Position numbers and translations under genes: made by a program
Origin: Escherichia coli
GTDB taxonomy: Bacteria; Pseudomonadota; Gammaproteobacteria; Enterobacterales; Enterobacteriaceae
Assembly (NCBI RefSeq): GCF_048403405.1
Contig: NZ_CP183132.1
DNA: 6,055 nt
Reading direction: 5' to 3' (one strand)
The notes under the pieces: generated by a model
Databases searched by the model: none
Told to the model about the DNA's origin: nothing
What the model saw: the letters and a program-made list of their open reading frames with translations, nothing else
Shown here: positions 1-5,668 of the stretch, one piece after another
How the letters are laid out: each line of letters opens with the position of its first letter
Numbering within the stretch: position 1 is the first letter of the stretch

Positions 1-2
1 TC

Positions 3-31
3 TTGAGATCCTTTTTTTCTGCGCGTAATCT
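3..31 (+). promoter_or_regulatory. RNA II (primer RNA) promoter: -35 TTGAGA (3-8), 17-bp spacer, -10 TAATCT (26-31)
   Basis: Seen in sequence: hexamers with 17-bp spacing about 7 nt upstream of the predicted RNA II 5' end. Established knowledge: the region matches, from memory, the RNA II promoter of ColE1/pMB1 replicons (pBR322 ...ttgagatcctttttttctgcgcgtaatctgctgc...). Confidence 0.6.
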
Positions 32-37
32 GCTGCC

Positions 38-144
38 TGTAAACGAAAAAACCGCCTTGCAGGGCGGTTTGATCGAAGGTTAAGTCAGCTTGCAGACTGC
101 TTAACCAGGTAACTGTCTTATGCGAGACGAGTCACCAAAATTGT
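38..144 (-). ncRNA. RNAI: RNA I antisense copy-number control RNA (about 107 nt)
   Basis: Minus-strand transcript complementary to the 5' end of RNA II. Its 3' end coincides with a GC-rich hairpin (ccgccctgcaaggcgg) followed by a T-run on the minus strand at about 46-70, i.e. an intrinsic terminator. Boundaries by analogy with the 108-nt pBR322 RNA I. Confidence 0.7.
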
Positions 145-628
145 TCTTCTAGTGTAGCCGCACTCCGGCAGCCACTTCAAGTACTCTCTAAATATCTCGC
201 ACATGACTTTTACCAATGGCTGCTGCCAGTGGCGCTTTGTGGTGTCTTTTCCGGGTTGGACCCAAGAGAACAGTTACCGGAGAAGGCGCAGCAGTCGGGC
301 TGAACGGGGGGTTCCTGCATACAGCCCAGCCCGGAGCGAACTGCCTAAGTCGCCCCGAGATACCAGAAGACGTGAGCTATGAGAAAGCGCCACGTGTCCC
401 GTAAGGGAGAAAGGCGGAAAAGGTATCCGGTAATCGATATGGCGGGAACGTGGGGGCGCAGGAGGGAGCGATTCACCGGAAACGGTGATGATCTTTAAGC
501 CACGTCGGGTTTCGCCACCGCTGGCGGATTTCATGGTTGAGCCGCAAGGCTCCCACAGATGCACCGAAAAAGTGTCTGTTTTGTGAAGTCCGTCAGGGGG
601 GCGGAGCCTATGGAAAAAGCGCCTCCGG
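39..628 (+). ncRNA. RNAII: RNA II pre-primer transcript of a ColE1-type origin; 3' end (RNA-DNA transition) approximate
   Basis: Start placed at G39 by analogy with the pBR322 RNA II start (GCAAAC; here GTAAAC). The downstream sequence is collinear with the ColE1/pMB1 primer region, including ...gtcaggggggcggagcctatggaaaaa... just before the expected transition point. End not determined precisely. Confidence 0.65.
151..180 (-). promoter_or_regulatory. RNA I promoter: -35 TTGAAG (complement of 175-180), 17-bp spacer, -10 TACACT (complement of 151-156)
   Basis: Seen in sequence on the minus strand; the spacing and hexamers resemble the pBR322 RNA I promoter as I recall it. Confidence 0.55.
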
Positions 629-650
629 CGCGGCCTTTCCCGGGGTTTCG
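585..650 (+). other. oriV: approximate RNA II to DNA transition region of the ColE1-type origin
   Basis: Lies about 550-600 nt downstream of the RNA II start and contains ...ctatggaaaaagcgcctccggcgcggcctttcc..., homologous to the pBR322 origin segment (...tatggaaaaacgccagcaacgcggcc...). No Rep protein gene is present, consistent with host Pol I / RNase H priming. Confidence 0.55.
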
Positions 651-849
651 TTTTTTGCGTACATGTTCTTTCCTGGTTTATCCCCGGGTTCTGTGGATAA
701 CAGGGTTAGCGTTTTTGAGAAAGGAGAGTCCGCTCGCCGCAGCCGAACGACCGAGCGTAGCGAGTCAGTGAGCGAGGAAGCGGAAGAGCGCCTGAACTGG
801 CATTTTCTCCTTACGCATCTGTGCGGCATTTCACACCGGACATGGCGCA

Positions 850-915
850 CTTTTCATACAATCCGCACTGATGCCGAATGGTTAAGCCAGTATACACTCC
901 GCTATCGCTACGTGA
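850..915 (-). other. bom/oriT-like region (origin of transfer with the relaxase nic site), approximate
   Basis: The sequence ...tgatgccgaatggttaagccagtatacactccgctatcgctacgtgactgg... is near-identical to the pBR322 bom region (...tgatgccgcatagttaagccagtatacactcc...) read on the opposite strand. It sits between oriV and rom as in pMB1/ColE1. Exact nic position not determined. Confidence 0.45.
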
Positions 916-1035
916 CTGGGTCAGGGCTTCGCCCCGACACCCCAAAGGTCAACGGCCTGACGCGCCCTGGCGGGCTTGTCTGCTCCCGGCATCCGCTCAC
1001 AGACAAGCTGTGACCGTCTCCGGGAGCTGCATGTG

Positions 1036-1227
1036 TCAGCGGTTTTCACCGTCATCCCCGAAGCGTGCGAGGCAACTGCGGTAAAGCTCATCGGCGTGGT
1101 CGTGAAGCGATTCACAGATGTCTGCCTGTTCATCCGCGTCCAGTTCGTTGAGCTTCTCCAGCAGCGTTAATGTCTGGCCTCTGATGAAGCGGGCCATGTT
1201 AAGGGCGGTTTTTTCCTGTTTGGTCAC
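1036..1227 (-). CDS. rom: Rom/Rop, the RNA I - RNA II pairing modulator (63 aa, GTG start)
   Basis: The minus-strand ORF 1036-1299 contains VTKQEKTALNMARFIRGQTLTLLEKLNELDADEQADICESLHDHADELYRSCLARFGDDGENR, near-identical to pBR322 Rop as I recall it (MTKQEKTALNMARFIRSQ...GDDGENL). The true start is the GTG at complement 1225-1227, as in pBR322, not the upstream ATG of the 87-aa ORF. Confidence 0.9.
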   Translation of the reverse strand: MTKQEKTALNMARFIRGQTLTLLEKLNELDADEQADICESLHDHADELYRSCLARFGDDGENR

Positions 1228-1258
1228 TGATGCCTCCGTGTAAGGGGGGGTTCTGTTC

Positions 1259-1615
1259 ATGGGGGTAATGATACCGATGAAACGCGAGAGGATGCTCACG
1301 ATACGGGTTACTGATGATGAACATGCCCGGTTACTGGAACGCTGTGAGGGTAAACAACTGGCGGTATGGATGCGGCGGGTCTGCCTGGGTGAGCCGGTTG
1401 CCCGTTCCGGGAAGCTGCCGACACTGGCACCGCCGTTACTGCGTCAGCTGGCCGCCATCGGGAATAACCTTAACCAGACAGCGAGGAAGGTGAACAGCGG
1501 GCAGTGGTCTTCCGGTGACCGGGTTCAGGTGGTGGCCGCACTGATGGCCATCGGGGATGAGCTGCGCCGGCTGCGTCTGGCGGTCAGGGAACAGGGGGCG
1601 CGGGATGATAGTTAA
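1259..1615 (+). CDS. mbeC: MbeC/MobC-type relaxosome accessory protein
   Basis: The translation (...MLTIRVTDDEHARLLERCEGKQLAVWMRRVCLGEPVARSGKLPTLAPPLLRQLAAIGNNLNQTARKVNSGQW...) matches ColE1-family MbeC; the truncated homologous stretch follows rop in pBR322. Strong SD (aaggggggg, about 8 nt) precedes ATG 1259; alternative in-frame starts at 1277 and 1292 would give 112 or 107 aa. The stop overlaps the mbeA start. Confidence 0.75.
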   Translation: MGVMIPMKRERMLTIRVTDDEHARLLERCEGKQLAVWMRRVCLGEPVARSGKLPTLAPPLLRQLAAIGNNLNQTARKVNSGQWSSGDRVQVVAALMAIGDELRRLRLAVREQGARDDS

Positions 1616-3170
1616 GTTTCATGCCAGGGGAAAAGGTGGTGGCAGTGGTCCGGTTGATTACCTGCTGGGAAGGGAGCGTAACCGGGAAGGGGCAACGGTG
1701 CTTCAGGGGAATCCGGAAGAGGTCCGGGAACTCATCGATGCCACGCCATTTGCGAAGAAATACACGTCAGGTGTTCTGTCGTTCGCGGAGAAGGAGCTGC
1801 CGCCTGGAGGGCGTGAAAAAGTGATGGCGAGCTTTGAGCGTGTACTGATGCCCGGTCTCGAGAAAAATCAGTACAGCATCCTGTGGGTGGAGCACCAGGA
1901 CAAGGGACGGCTTGAGCTGAATTTTGTCATTCCGAACATGGAGCTACAGACCGGAAAACGCCTCCAGCCGTACTACGACCGGGCAGACAGGCCGAGAATT
2001 GATGCCTGGCAGACGCTGGTGAATCACCATTACGGTCTGCATGACCCCAACGCCCCGGAGAACCGCCGGACGCTGACCCTTCCTGATAACCTGCCGGAAA
2101 CGAAACAGGCGCTTGCTGAGGGCGTCACACGCGGGATAGACGCGCTTTACCATGCCGGAGAGATAAAAGGCCGTCAGGATGTGATTCAGGCGCTCACAGA
2201 GGCGGGGCTTGAAGTGGTCAGGGTGACGCGAAGCAGTATCAGCATTGCAGACCCGAACGGCGGGAGGAATATCAGACTGAAAGGAGCGTTTTATGAGCAA
2301 TCTTTTACAGACGGGCGCGGAGTTCGAGAAAAAGCTGAAAGAGAGAGCCGAATCTACAGAGAAAATGCTGAACGACGAGTTCAGGAAGCTCGAAGAATCT
2401 GTAAACAGGGAACTGACCTCAAACGAATCTTTAATCAGGAACGCTATCAACGACCATACAACAGCCCTGAAAGAACTGCTGGAGAGGTATCAGAAAACGA
2501 CCGTCGATACGATGGACGCGCACTGGAAAACCGTACTGAAAATGAGCGTGAAACGCTGGCTGTGGCTGATTATCGTCTCAGTACTGATGTTTGCCACGAC
2601 CGGGAGTCTGCTGTGGTACCAGGGCATGAAGATAAACGCGAATATGAATATTCTCCGCGAGCAGAAAGAGAGTCTGGAGAAGCTGAACGCGAAGACATGG
2701 GGCGTGCGTTATCACGAGGACAGCAACGGACGTTTTCTGGTGTTGCCGAAGGGGATGAAAGCCGAAACGAACTGGACGAAGGACAACGGCAAACTGAACG
2801 CAGTGAGACTGGTGCAGGAGTGACAGAGCATGACGGAGCTGGAAAGACATTTGCTGAACGCATTAGAGCAACTGCAACAGGACTATATGCAGCGGCTGAA
2901 CGAATGGGAGAACGCCTTCGTGGAATTGCAGAAAATGTTTTCGCTTACGCAACGGGACAACGCGATGCTGAACGGGCGAGTCATGCAGTTGAGTCAGCAG
3001 GTGCAGCACTTGAGCGAGCGGACAGAACGCTTGAGCCAGTTATACAGCGAGAACAGGAGATAAGGGATGAACGGCTGATGCAGGAACGCGAACATGAGTT
3101 ATCTCTGGAGCGGGAGCGTCAGCCGGAAATCCAGGAGCGGACACTGGATGGCCCTTCGCTGGGATGGTGA
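1605..3170 (+). CDS. mbeA: MbeA relaxase (MOB-HEN family), 521 aa
   Basis: N-terminus MIVKFHARGKGGGSGPVDYLLG... contains the catalytic Tyr19 and the HEN motif (H97, E104, N106 in ...WVEHQDKGRLELNFVIPN...) described for ColE1 MbeA. SD agggggcg lies 5-6 nt upstream of ATG 1605. The longer 537-aa ORF from 1557 is an upstream extension running through the end of mbeC. Confidence 0.9.
   Translation: MIVKFHARGKGGGSGPVDYLLGRERNREGATVLQGNPEEVRELIDATPFAKKYTSGVLSFAEKELPPGGREKVMASFERVLMPGLEKNQYSILWVEHQDKGRLELNFVIPNMELQTGKRLQPYYDRADRPRIDAWQTLVNHHYGLHDPNAPENRRTLTLPDNLPETKQALAEGVTRGIDALYHAGEIKGRQDVIQALTEAGLEVVRVTRSSISIADPNGGRNIRLKGAFYEQSFTDGRGVREKAERESRIYRENAERRVQEARRICKQGTDLKRIFNQERYQRPYNSPERTAGEVSENDRRYDGRALENRTENERETLAVADYRLSTDVCHDRESAVVPGHEDKREYEYSPRAERESGEAEREDMGRALSRGQQRTFSGVAEGDESRNELDEGQRQTERSETGAGVTEHDGAGKTFAERIRATATGLYAAAERMGERLRGIAENVFAYATGQRDAERASHAVESAGAALERADRTLEPVIQREQEIRDERLMQEREHELSLERERQPEIQERTLDGPSLGW
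2293..2823 (+). CDS. mbeB: MbeB mobilization protein (176 aa), nested in a different frame inside mbeA
   Basis: ORF with a good SD (aaggag, 6 nt upstream of ATG 2293) and one hydrophobic segment (WLWLIIVSVLMFATTGSLLWY). The nested position inside mbeA matches the ColE1 mbe operon. Confidence 0.8.
   Translation: MSNLLQTGAEFEKKLKERAESTEKMLNDEFRKLEESVNRELTSNESLIRNAINDHTTALKELLERYQKTTVDTMDAHWKTVLKMSVKRWLWLIIVSVLMFATTGSLLWYQGMKINANMNILREQKESLEKLNAKTWGVRYHEDSNGRFLVLPKGMKAETNWTKDNGKLNAVRLVQE
2830..3063 (+). CDS. mbeD: MbeD mobilization/entry-exclusion protein (77 aa), nested inside the 3' part of mbeA
   Basis: ORF immediately after mbeB, with SD aggag about 9 nt upstream of ATG 2830; its position matches mbeD of the ColE1 family. 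Product inferred from gene order and overlap, not from recalled protein sequence. Confidence 0.65.
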   Translation: MTELERHLLNALEQLQQDYMQRLNEWENAFVELQKMFSLTQRDNAMLNGRVMQLSQQVQHLSERTERLSQLYSENRR

Positions 3171-3232
3171 AACCATGAAAAATGACGTGTTCAGTGGATT
3201 AAGGCGGGCTAATGTGGCCTGTAGCATCTGGT

Positions 3233-3250
3233 TGCATAGGTATTCATGCG
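3233..3250. promoter_or_regulatory. Putative ArgR box within the cer accessory region
   Basis: TGCATAGGTATTCATG resembles the ARG-box consensus (TNTGAAT-4W-ATTCANA) with mismatches and lies about 100 bp upstream of the XerC arm, the expected position in cer-type sites. Confidence 0.4.
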
Positions 3251-3346
3251 GTTAAAATTTATCAGGTGCGATCGCGGCAGTTTTTCGGGTGGTTTGTTGC
3301 CATTTTTACCTGTCTGCTGCCGTGATCGCACCGAACGCGTTTTGGC

Positions 3347-3375
3347 GGTGCGTACAATGCGACGTTATGGTAAAT
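3347..3375 (+). other. XerC/XerD recombination core: GGTGCGTACAA (XerC arm) - TGCGACG (central region) - TTATGGTAAAT (XerD arm)
   Basis: Seen in sequence. Both 11-bp arms are identical to those I recall for ColE1 cer; the central region is different and 7 bp long here. Confidence 0.75.
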
Positions 3376-3465
3376 GGAGCGGATTTTCAGGAAGGAGTGA
3401 TACTAACAACTCGAACACTGTGCAAATAATGATTTTTTTAAAATATCGGTAACGATAATAAATTA

Positions 3466-3503
3466 TTTCGTTTTACGCCGGTAATAAATATAATGTAGTT
3501 TCA
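3466..3503 (+). promoter_or_regulatory. Candidate sigma70 promoter for the cargo operon (-10 TATAAT at 3489-3494; weak -35; AT-rich upstream)
   Basis: A perfect TATAAT hexamer lies about 50 nt upstream of ATG 3544 in an AT-rich tract (taataaattatttcgttttacgccggtaataaatataatg). No good -35 at 17-bp spacing; a second TATATA at 3505-3510 is also possible. Confidence 0.3.
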
Positions 3504-3543
3504 GTATATAAAAAAATATATGAGGTGTCTTGTGGGAGCTTTC

Positions 3544-4596
3544 ATGAATCTTCAACAACGTATAAATAAACTACCACAATTATCATCCAGTTTTTCATTT
3601 GGAAAAGATATTGATAATATTCATTCATTTATCTTTAACGAAACTTCTAAAGATAAAATTGAAGATTTACTAAGAAAATGGGTGTCAGGCAATCAGCCCT
3701 GTGTATTTGGTAAATTGGCAAGCAAGAAAATTAAAGGGCTTGATTTCCATTTATCTATTGTAAATAGCCCCCAACTATATAATGATGATGGTCATTTGTT
3801 TGATTTTTTGCGTAATGAAAGAGTTCGTTTTAAAGAACGCGCAAGAAGAGGAGAGGTCAGTGCGCATCTCATTTATTTTATTCATCCACAACTTGCCTTT
3901 GCTCGTCCATCAGAAGAGTTAGTGGACATACAAAAATATATTTGTTCGCTGCATATGCCAGAGTGCTATCCAATAAAAGAGGATGTTATTTATACTGAAA
4001 GCGTACCATTTCAGGATAAAGATGGGCTAAAAATATATAAGGCTGGTGTTAATGTTTTTTACTCTTCTGCTCATAGAACAAGAAATCATGATAGAAGAAT
4101 ACCAGGGGGAATACTTATTTCTGTAAATGCCCCGGGGCATTTTATGAGGCTGGCGATAGAAAAAGGTTTCTATAAAGATCAAGAACAAGCGTTAGCGGAT
4201 ATTCGTAACATGACTATTCAGTCTGTTGGTAAGGGTGGGTATTCACATCCGGAAGGGATTTCTACAACATGGCATTCAGAATCTAATTTGGATCGTTTTG
4301 GATGCCCAGTGCACACCGGTAATAGTTCTTATTACAGCGGTTTTTATCATACTGATGTATTAATTCCAGGAGAATTAACTAAGGATGAAAGATTGCTCCA
4401 TGAAATAGAAAATAGTGATCCAATGATCTTCAACTGGAATGTATTGTTTTATGTTTCATTAGAAGAGTTTCCTATAGATGATCCTTATTATGGAGAGTTT
4501 ATTGGTATTCCTGTAGATGATGCATCTATGTTTTTTAACTCCTTTCAACCAAGGAAATTTGAAAACAAACCCCTTTATGAGAAAGAGGATGATTAA
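3544..4596 (+). CDS. Hypothetical soluble protein, 350 aa, family not recognised (first gene of the AT-rich cargo operon)
   Basis: Long ORF (track 3520-4596) in AT-rich DNA. ATG 3544 is preferred over ATG 3520 because of the SD gggag 5 nt upstream. No signal peptide or hydrophobic helices evident. Conserved-looking segments include NAPGHFMRLAIEKGFY and DRFGCPVHTGNSSYYSGFYHTDVLIPGE. Confidence 0.75.
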   Translation: MNLQQRINKLPQLSSSFSFGKDIDNIHSFIFNETSKDKIEDLLRKWVSGNQPCVFGKLASKKIKGLDFHLSIVNSPQLYNDDGHLFDFLRNERVRFKERARRGEVSAHLIYFIHPQLAFARPSEELVDIQKYICSLHMPECYPIKEDVIYTESVPFQDKDGLKIYKAGVNVFYSSAHRTRNHDRRIPGGILISVNAPGHFMRLAIEKGFYKDQEQALADIRNMTIQSVGKGGYSHPEGISTTWHSESNLDRFGCPVHTGNSSYYSGFYHTDVLIPGELTKDERLLHEIENSDPMIFNWNVLFYVSLEEFPIDDPYYGEFIGIPVDDASMFFNSFQPRKFENKPLYEKEDD

Positions 4597-4597
4597 T

Positions 4598-5464
4598 ATG
4601 ATTAAAGGAATGCTTTTTGCTTTTTTAGCAGCGTTCTCATGGGGGGCAGCTATCGTAATGAGCAAAAAAGGAGTTGAAGAACTAGATGCCGGAGGGGTGT
4701 TTTTCTGGCAGATTTGTAGTGCAGTAATACTATCTTGGATAGTTCTTTTTATAAAAAGAAAAAAACTCCCATTAAACTCAAAAGCGATACTTGCTTATGC
4801 GACAGGCGTTTTTGAACCATTCTTAGCGTATACTTTTACACTCTACGGACTTTATTTTATTTCAGCAGGAAGCGCATCAATTATTTTTTCACTTGAATCA
4901 GTGTTTATATTGGTGTTGTCTGTTCTTATTTGCTCAGTTAAAATTAATTCCCCGCAATATTTTATATTGTTCCTTATAGGTGCAATTGTTGGCAGTATTT
5001 TGGTAGCCTTGCCAGACATCAGTAATGGATCGAATAATATTGTTGGATATTGTCTTGTTGTTGCCGGTGTGTTATCGGCAGCATTTTATGTTGTTATATC
5101 GTCTCGCCTTATTAAATCGTTTGAGCCTATCACATTATTGAGCGGACAGTTGACATTCTCCCTTATACTGTCATCGCTCTTTATTTTTATATCTAAATCA
5201 TCAATTTATCTTCCGTTGGAATCCGTGATTATTGTTTTTTCATCTGGAATATTACAATATTTTTTAGCTTTTTGTTTTTACTTGAACTCCTTGCGTTGGC
5301 TCCCAGTTCATTTGGCAGGGATAATGTTGTACTTTATTCCGCTAGTTGCATTATTTTTGTCATGGTTGTTTTTGGATGAACAATTCACATTCTTACAGGG
5401 GGTAGGATTTATTGTAACTGTGCTAAGTGTATATTTTCTTAACAGAAAATACTCAGAGGAGTAA
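4598..5464 (+). CDS. DMT-superfamily (EamA-like) integral membrane transporter, 288 aa, about 10 predicted TM helices
   Basis: About ten hydrophobic segments of 18-23 residues in a 5+5 arrangement, with an N-terminal LFAFLAAFSWGAAIVMSKKG typical of EamA-domain proteins. Start ATG 4598 has SD aagagga 8 nt upstream and lies 2 nt after the stop of the upstream gene; the track ORF from 4517 is an N-terminal over-extension. Confidence 0.8.
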   Translation: MIKGMLFAFLAAFSWGAAIVMSKKGVEELDAGGVFFWQICSAVILSWIVLFIKRKKLPLNSKAILAYATGVFEPFLAYTFTLYGLYFISAGSASIIFSLESVFILVLSVLICSVKINSPQYFILFLIGAIVGSILVALPDISNGSNNIVGYCLVVAGVLSAAFYVVISSRLIKSFEPITLLSGQLTFSLILSSLFIFISKSSIYLPLESVIIVFSSGILQYFLAFCFYLNSLRWLPVHLAGIMLYFIPLVALFLSWLFLDEQFTFLQGVGFIVTVLSVYFLNRKYSEE

Positions 5465-5633
5465 CATTCTGTTCAGGATTGCCCCCCGGCCTCCATCGAT
5501 ACCGTGCCAAATGCACGTAAAAAACGGGAGCGTTTCTGGTGTCGGAATGTAACCAAGGGGGTCAGAGGCGCGCTAAAACGCTCTCAGGGGAGTCAAATAG
5601 AGACGTTTGTAACAAAAAGATCAAAGGATCCTC

Positions 5634-5662
5634 TTGAGATCCTTTTTTTCTGCGCGTAATCT
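5634..5662 (+). promoter_or_regulatory. RNA II promoter, second copy of 3-31 in the terminal overlap
   Basis: Identical sequence at offset 5631. This copy shows the true context on the circle: the promoter lies about 170 bp downstream of the cargo transporter gene. Confidence 0.6.
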
Positions 5663-5668
5663 GCTGCC

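Larger units (their letters stand above)
3190..3375 (+). other. cer: cer-like plasmid multimer resolution site (accessory sequences plus XerC/XerD core)
   Basis: The sequence ...cggttaaaatttatcaggtgcgatcgcggcagtttttcgggtggtttgttgccatttttacctgtctgctgccgtgatcgcaccgaacgcgttttggcggtgcgtacaatgcgacgttatggtaaat is almost collinear with ColE1 cer as I recall it, and ends in a XerC-arm / spacer / XerD-arm core. Confidence 0.7.

Noticed and set aside
216-404. 62-aa ORF on the plus strand (duplicated at 5847-6035)
   Set aside because: Lies entirely inside the RNA II primer transcript of the origin, has no SD, and the homologous pBR322 region is non-coding; the duplicate is just the terminal overlap.
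274-1170. Several overlapping ORFs on both strands across the ori/bom region (274-564 minus, 537-1013, 559-771, 608-850 minus, 878-1084, 921-1133 minus, 976-1170)
   Set aside because: GC-rich non-coding origin and oriT DNA commonly gives long chance ORFs; there are no convincing RBSs, they overlap each other and rom, and the region is non-coding in characterised ColE1/pMB1 replicons.
1557-1604. Upstream extension of the mbeA ORF (537 aa from ATG 1557)
   Set aside because: The conserved MbeA N-terminus (MIVKFHARGKGGG...Y19) begins at ATG 1605, which has a proper SD; the extension would run through the 3' end of mbeC.
1621-2863. ORFs 1621-1824 (plus), 1944-2450 (minus), 2570-2863 (minus) and 2578-2850 (minus) inside mbeA
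   Set aside because: Alternative-frame or antisense ORFs within a well-supported relaxase gene; the translations are Arg/Ser-rich low-complexity, typical of off-frame reading of GC-rich coding DNA. Only mbeB and mbeD have SD sequences and known counterparts.
3246-3452. 68-aa ORF overlapping the cer-like site
   Set aside because: Covers the ArgR box, accessory sequences and XerCD core of a recombination site; no RBS; the cer region is not known to encode a protein.
3495-3520. Possible LexA (SOS) box upstream of the cargo operon, as found before colicin genes in ColE1 plasmids
   Set aside because: cagtatataaaaaaatat is AT-rich but lacks the CTG-N10-CAG palindrome of a LexA operator; I consider it not a LexA box.
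3544-4596. CBASS-like cyclase (CD-NTase) plus membrane effector, or HEPN nuclease, interpretation of the cargo pair
   Set aside because: The GKDID and R-x5-H stretches do not satisfy the [GS]-x9-13-DhD nucleotidyltransferase spacing or a convincing HEPN context, and a 10-TM DMT protein is not a typical CBASS effector. Left as an untested possibility only.
4517-4597. N-terminal 27-residue extension of the transporter ORF (MMHLCFLTPF...), and the antisense ORF 4459-4665
   Set aside because: The extension overlaps the 3' end of the upstream gene and lacks an SD, whereas ATG 4598 has aagagga at optimal spacing and begins the first TM helix. The antisense ORF spans the gene junction and is an AT-rich chance ORF.
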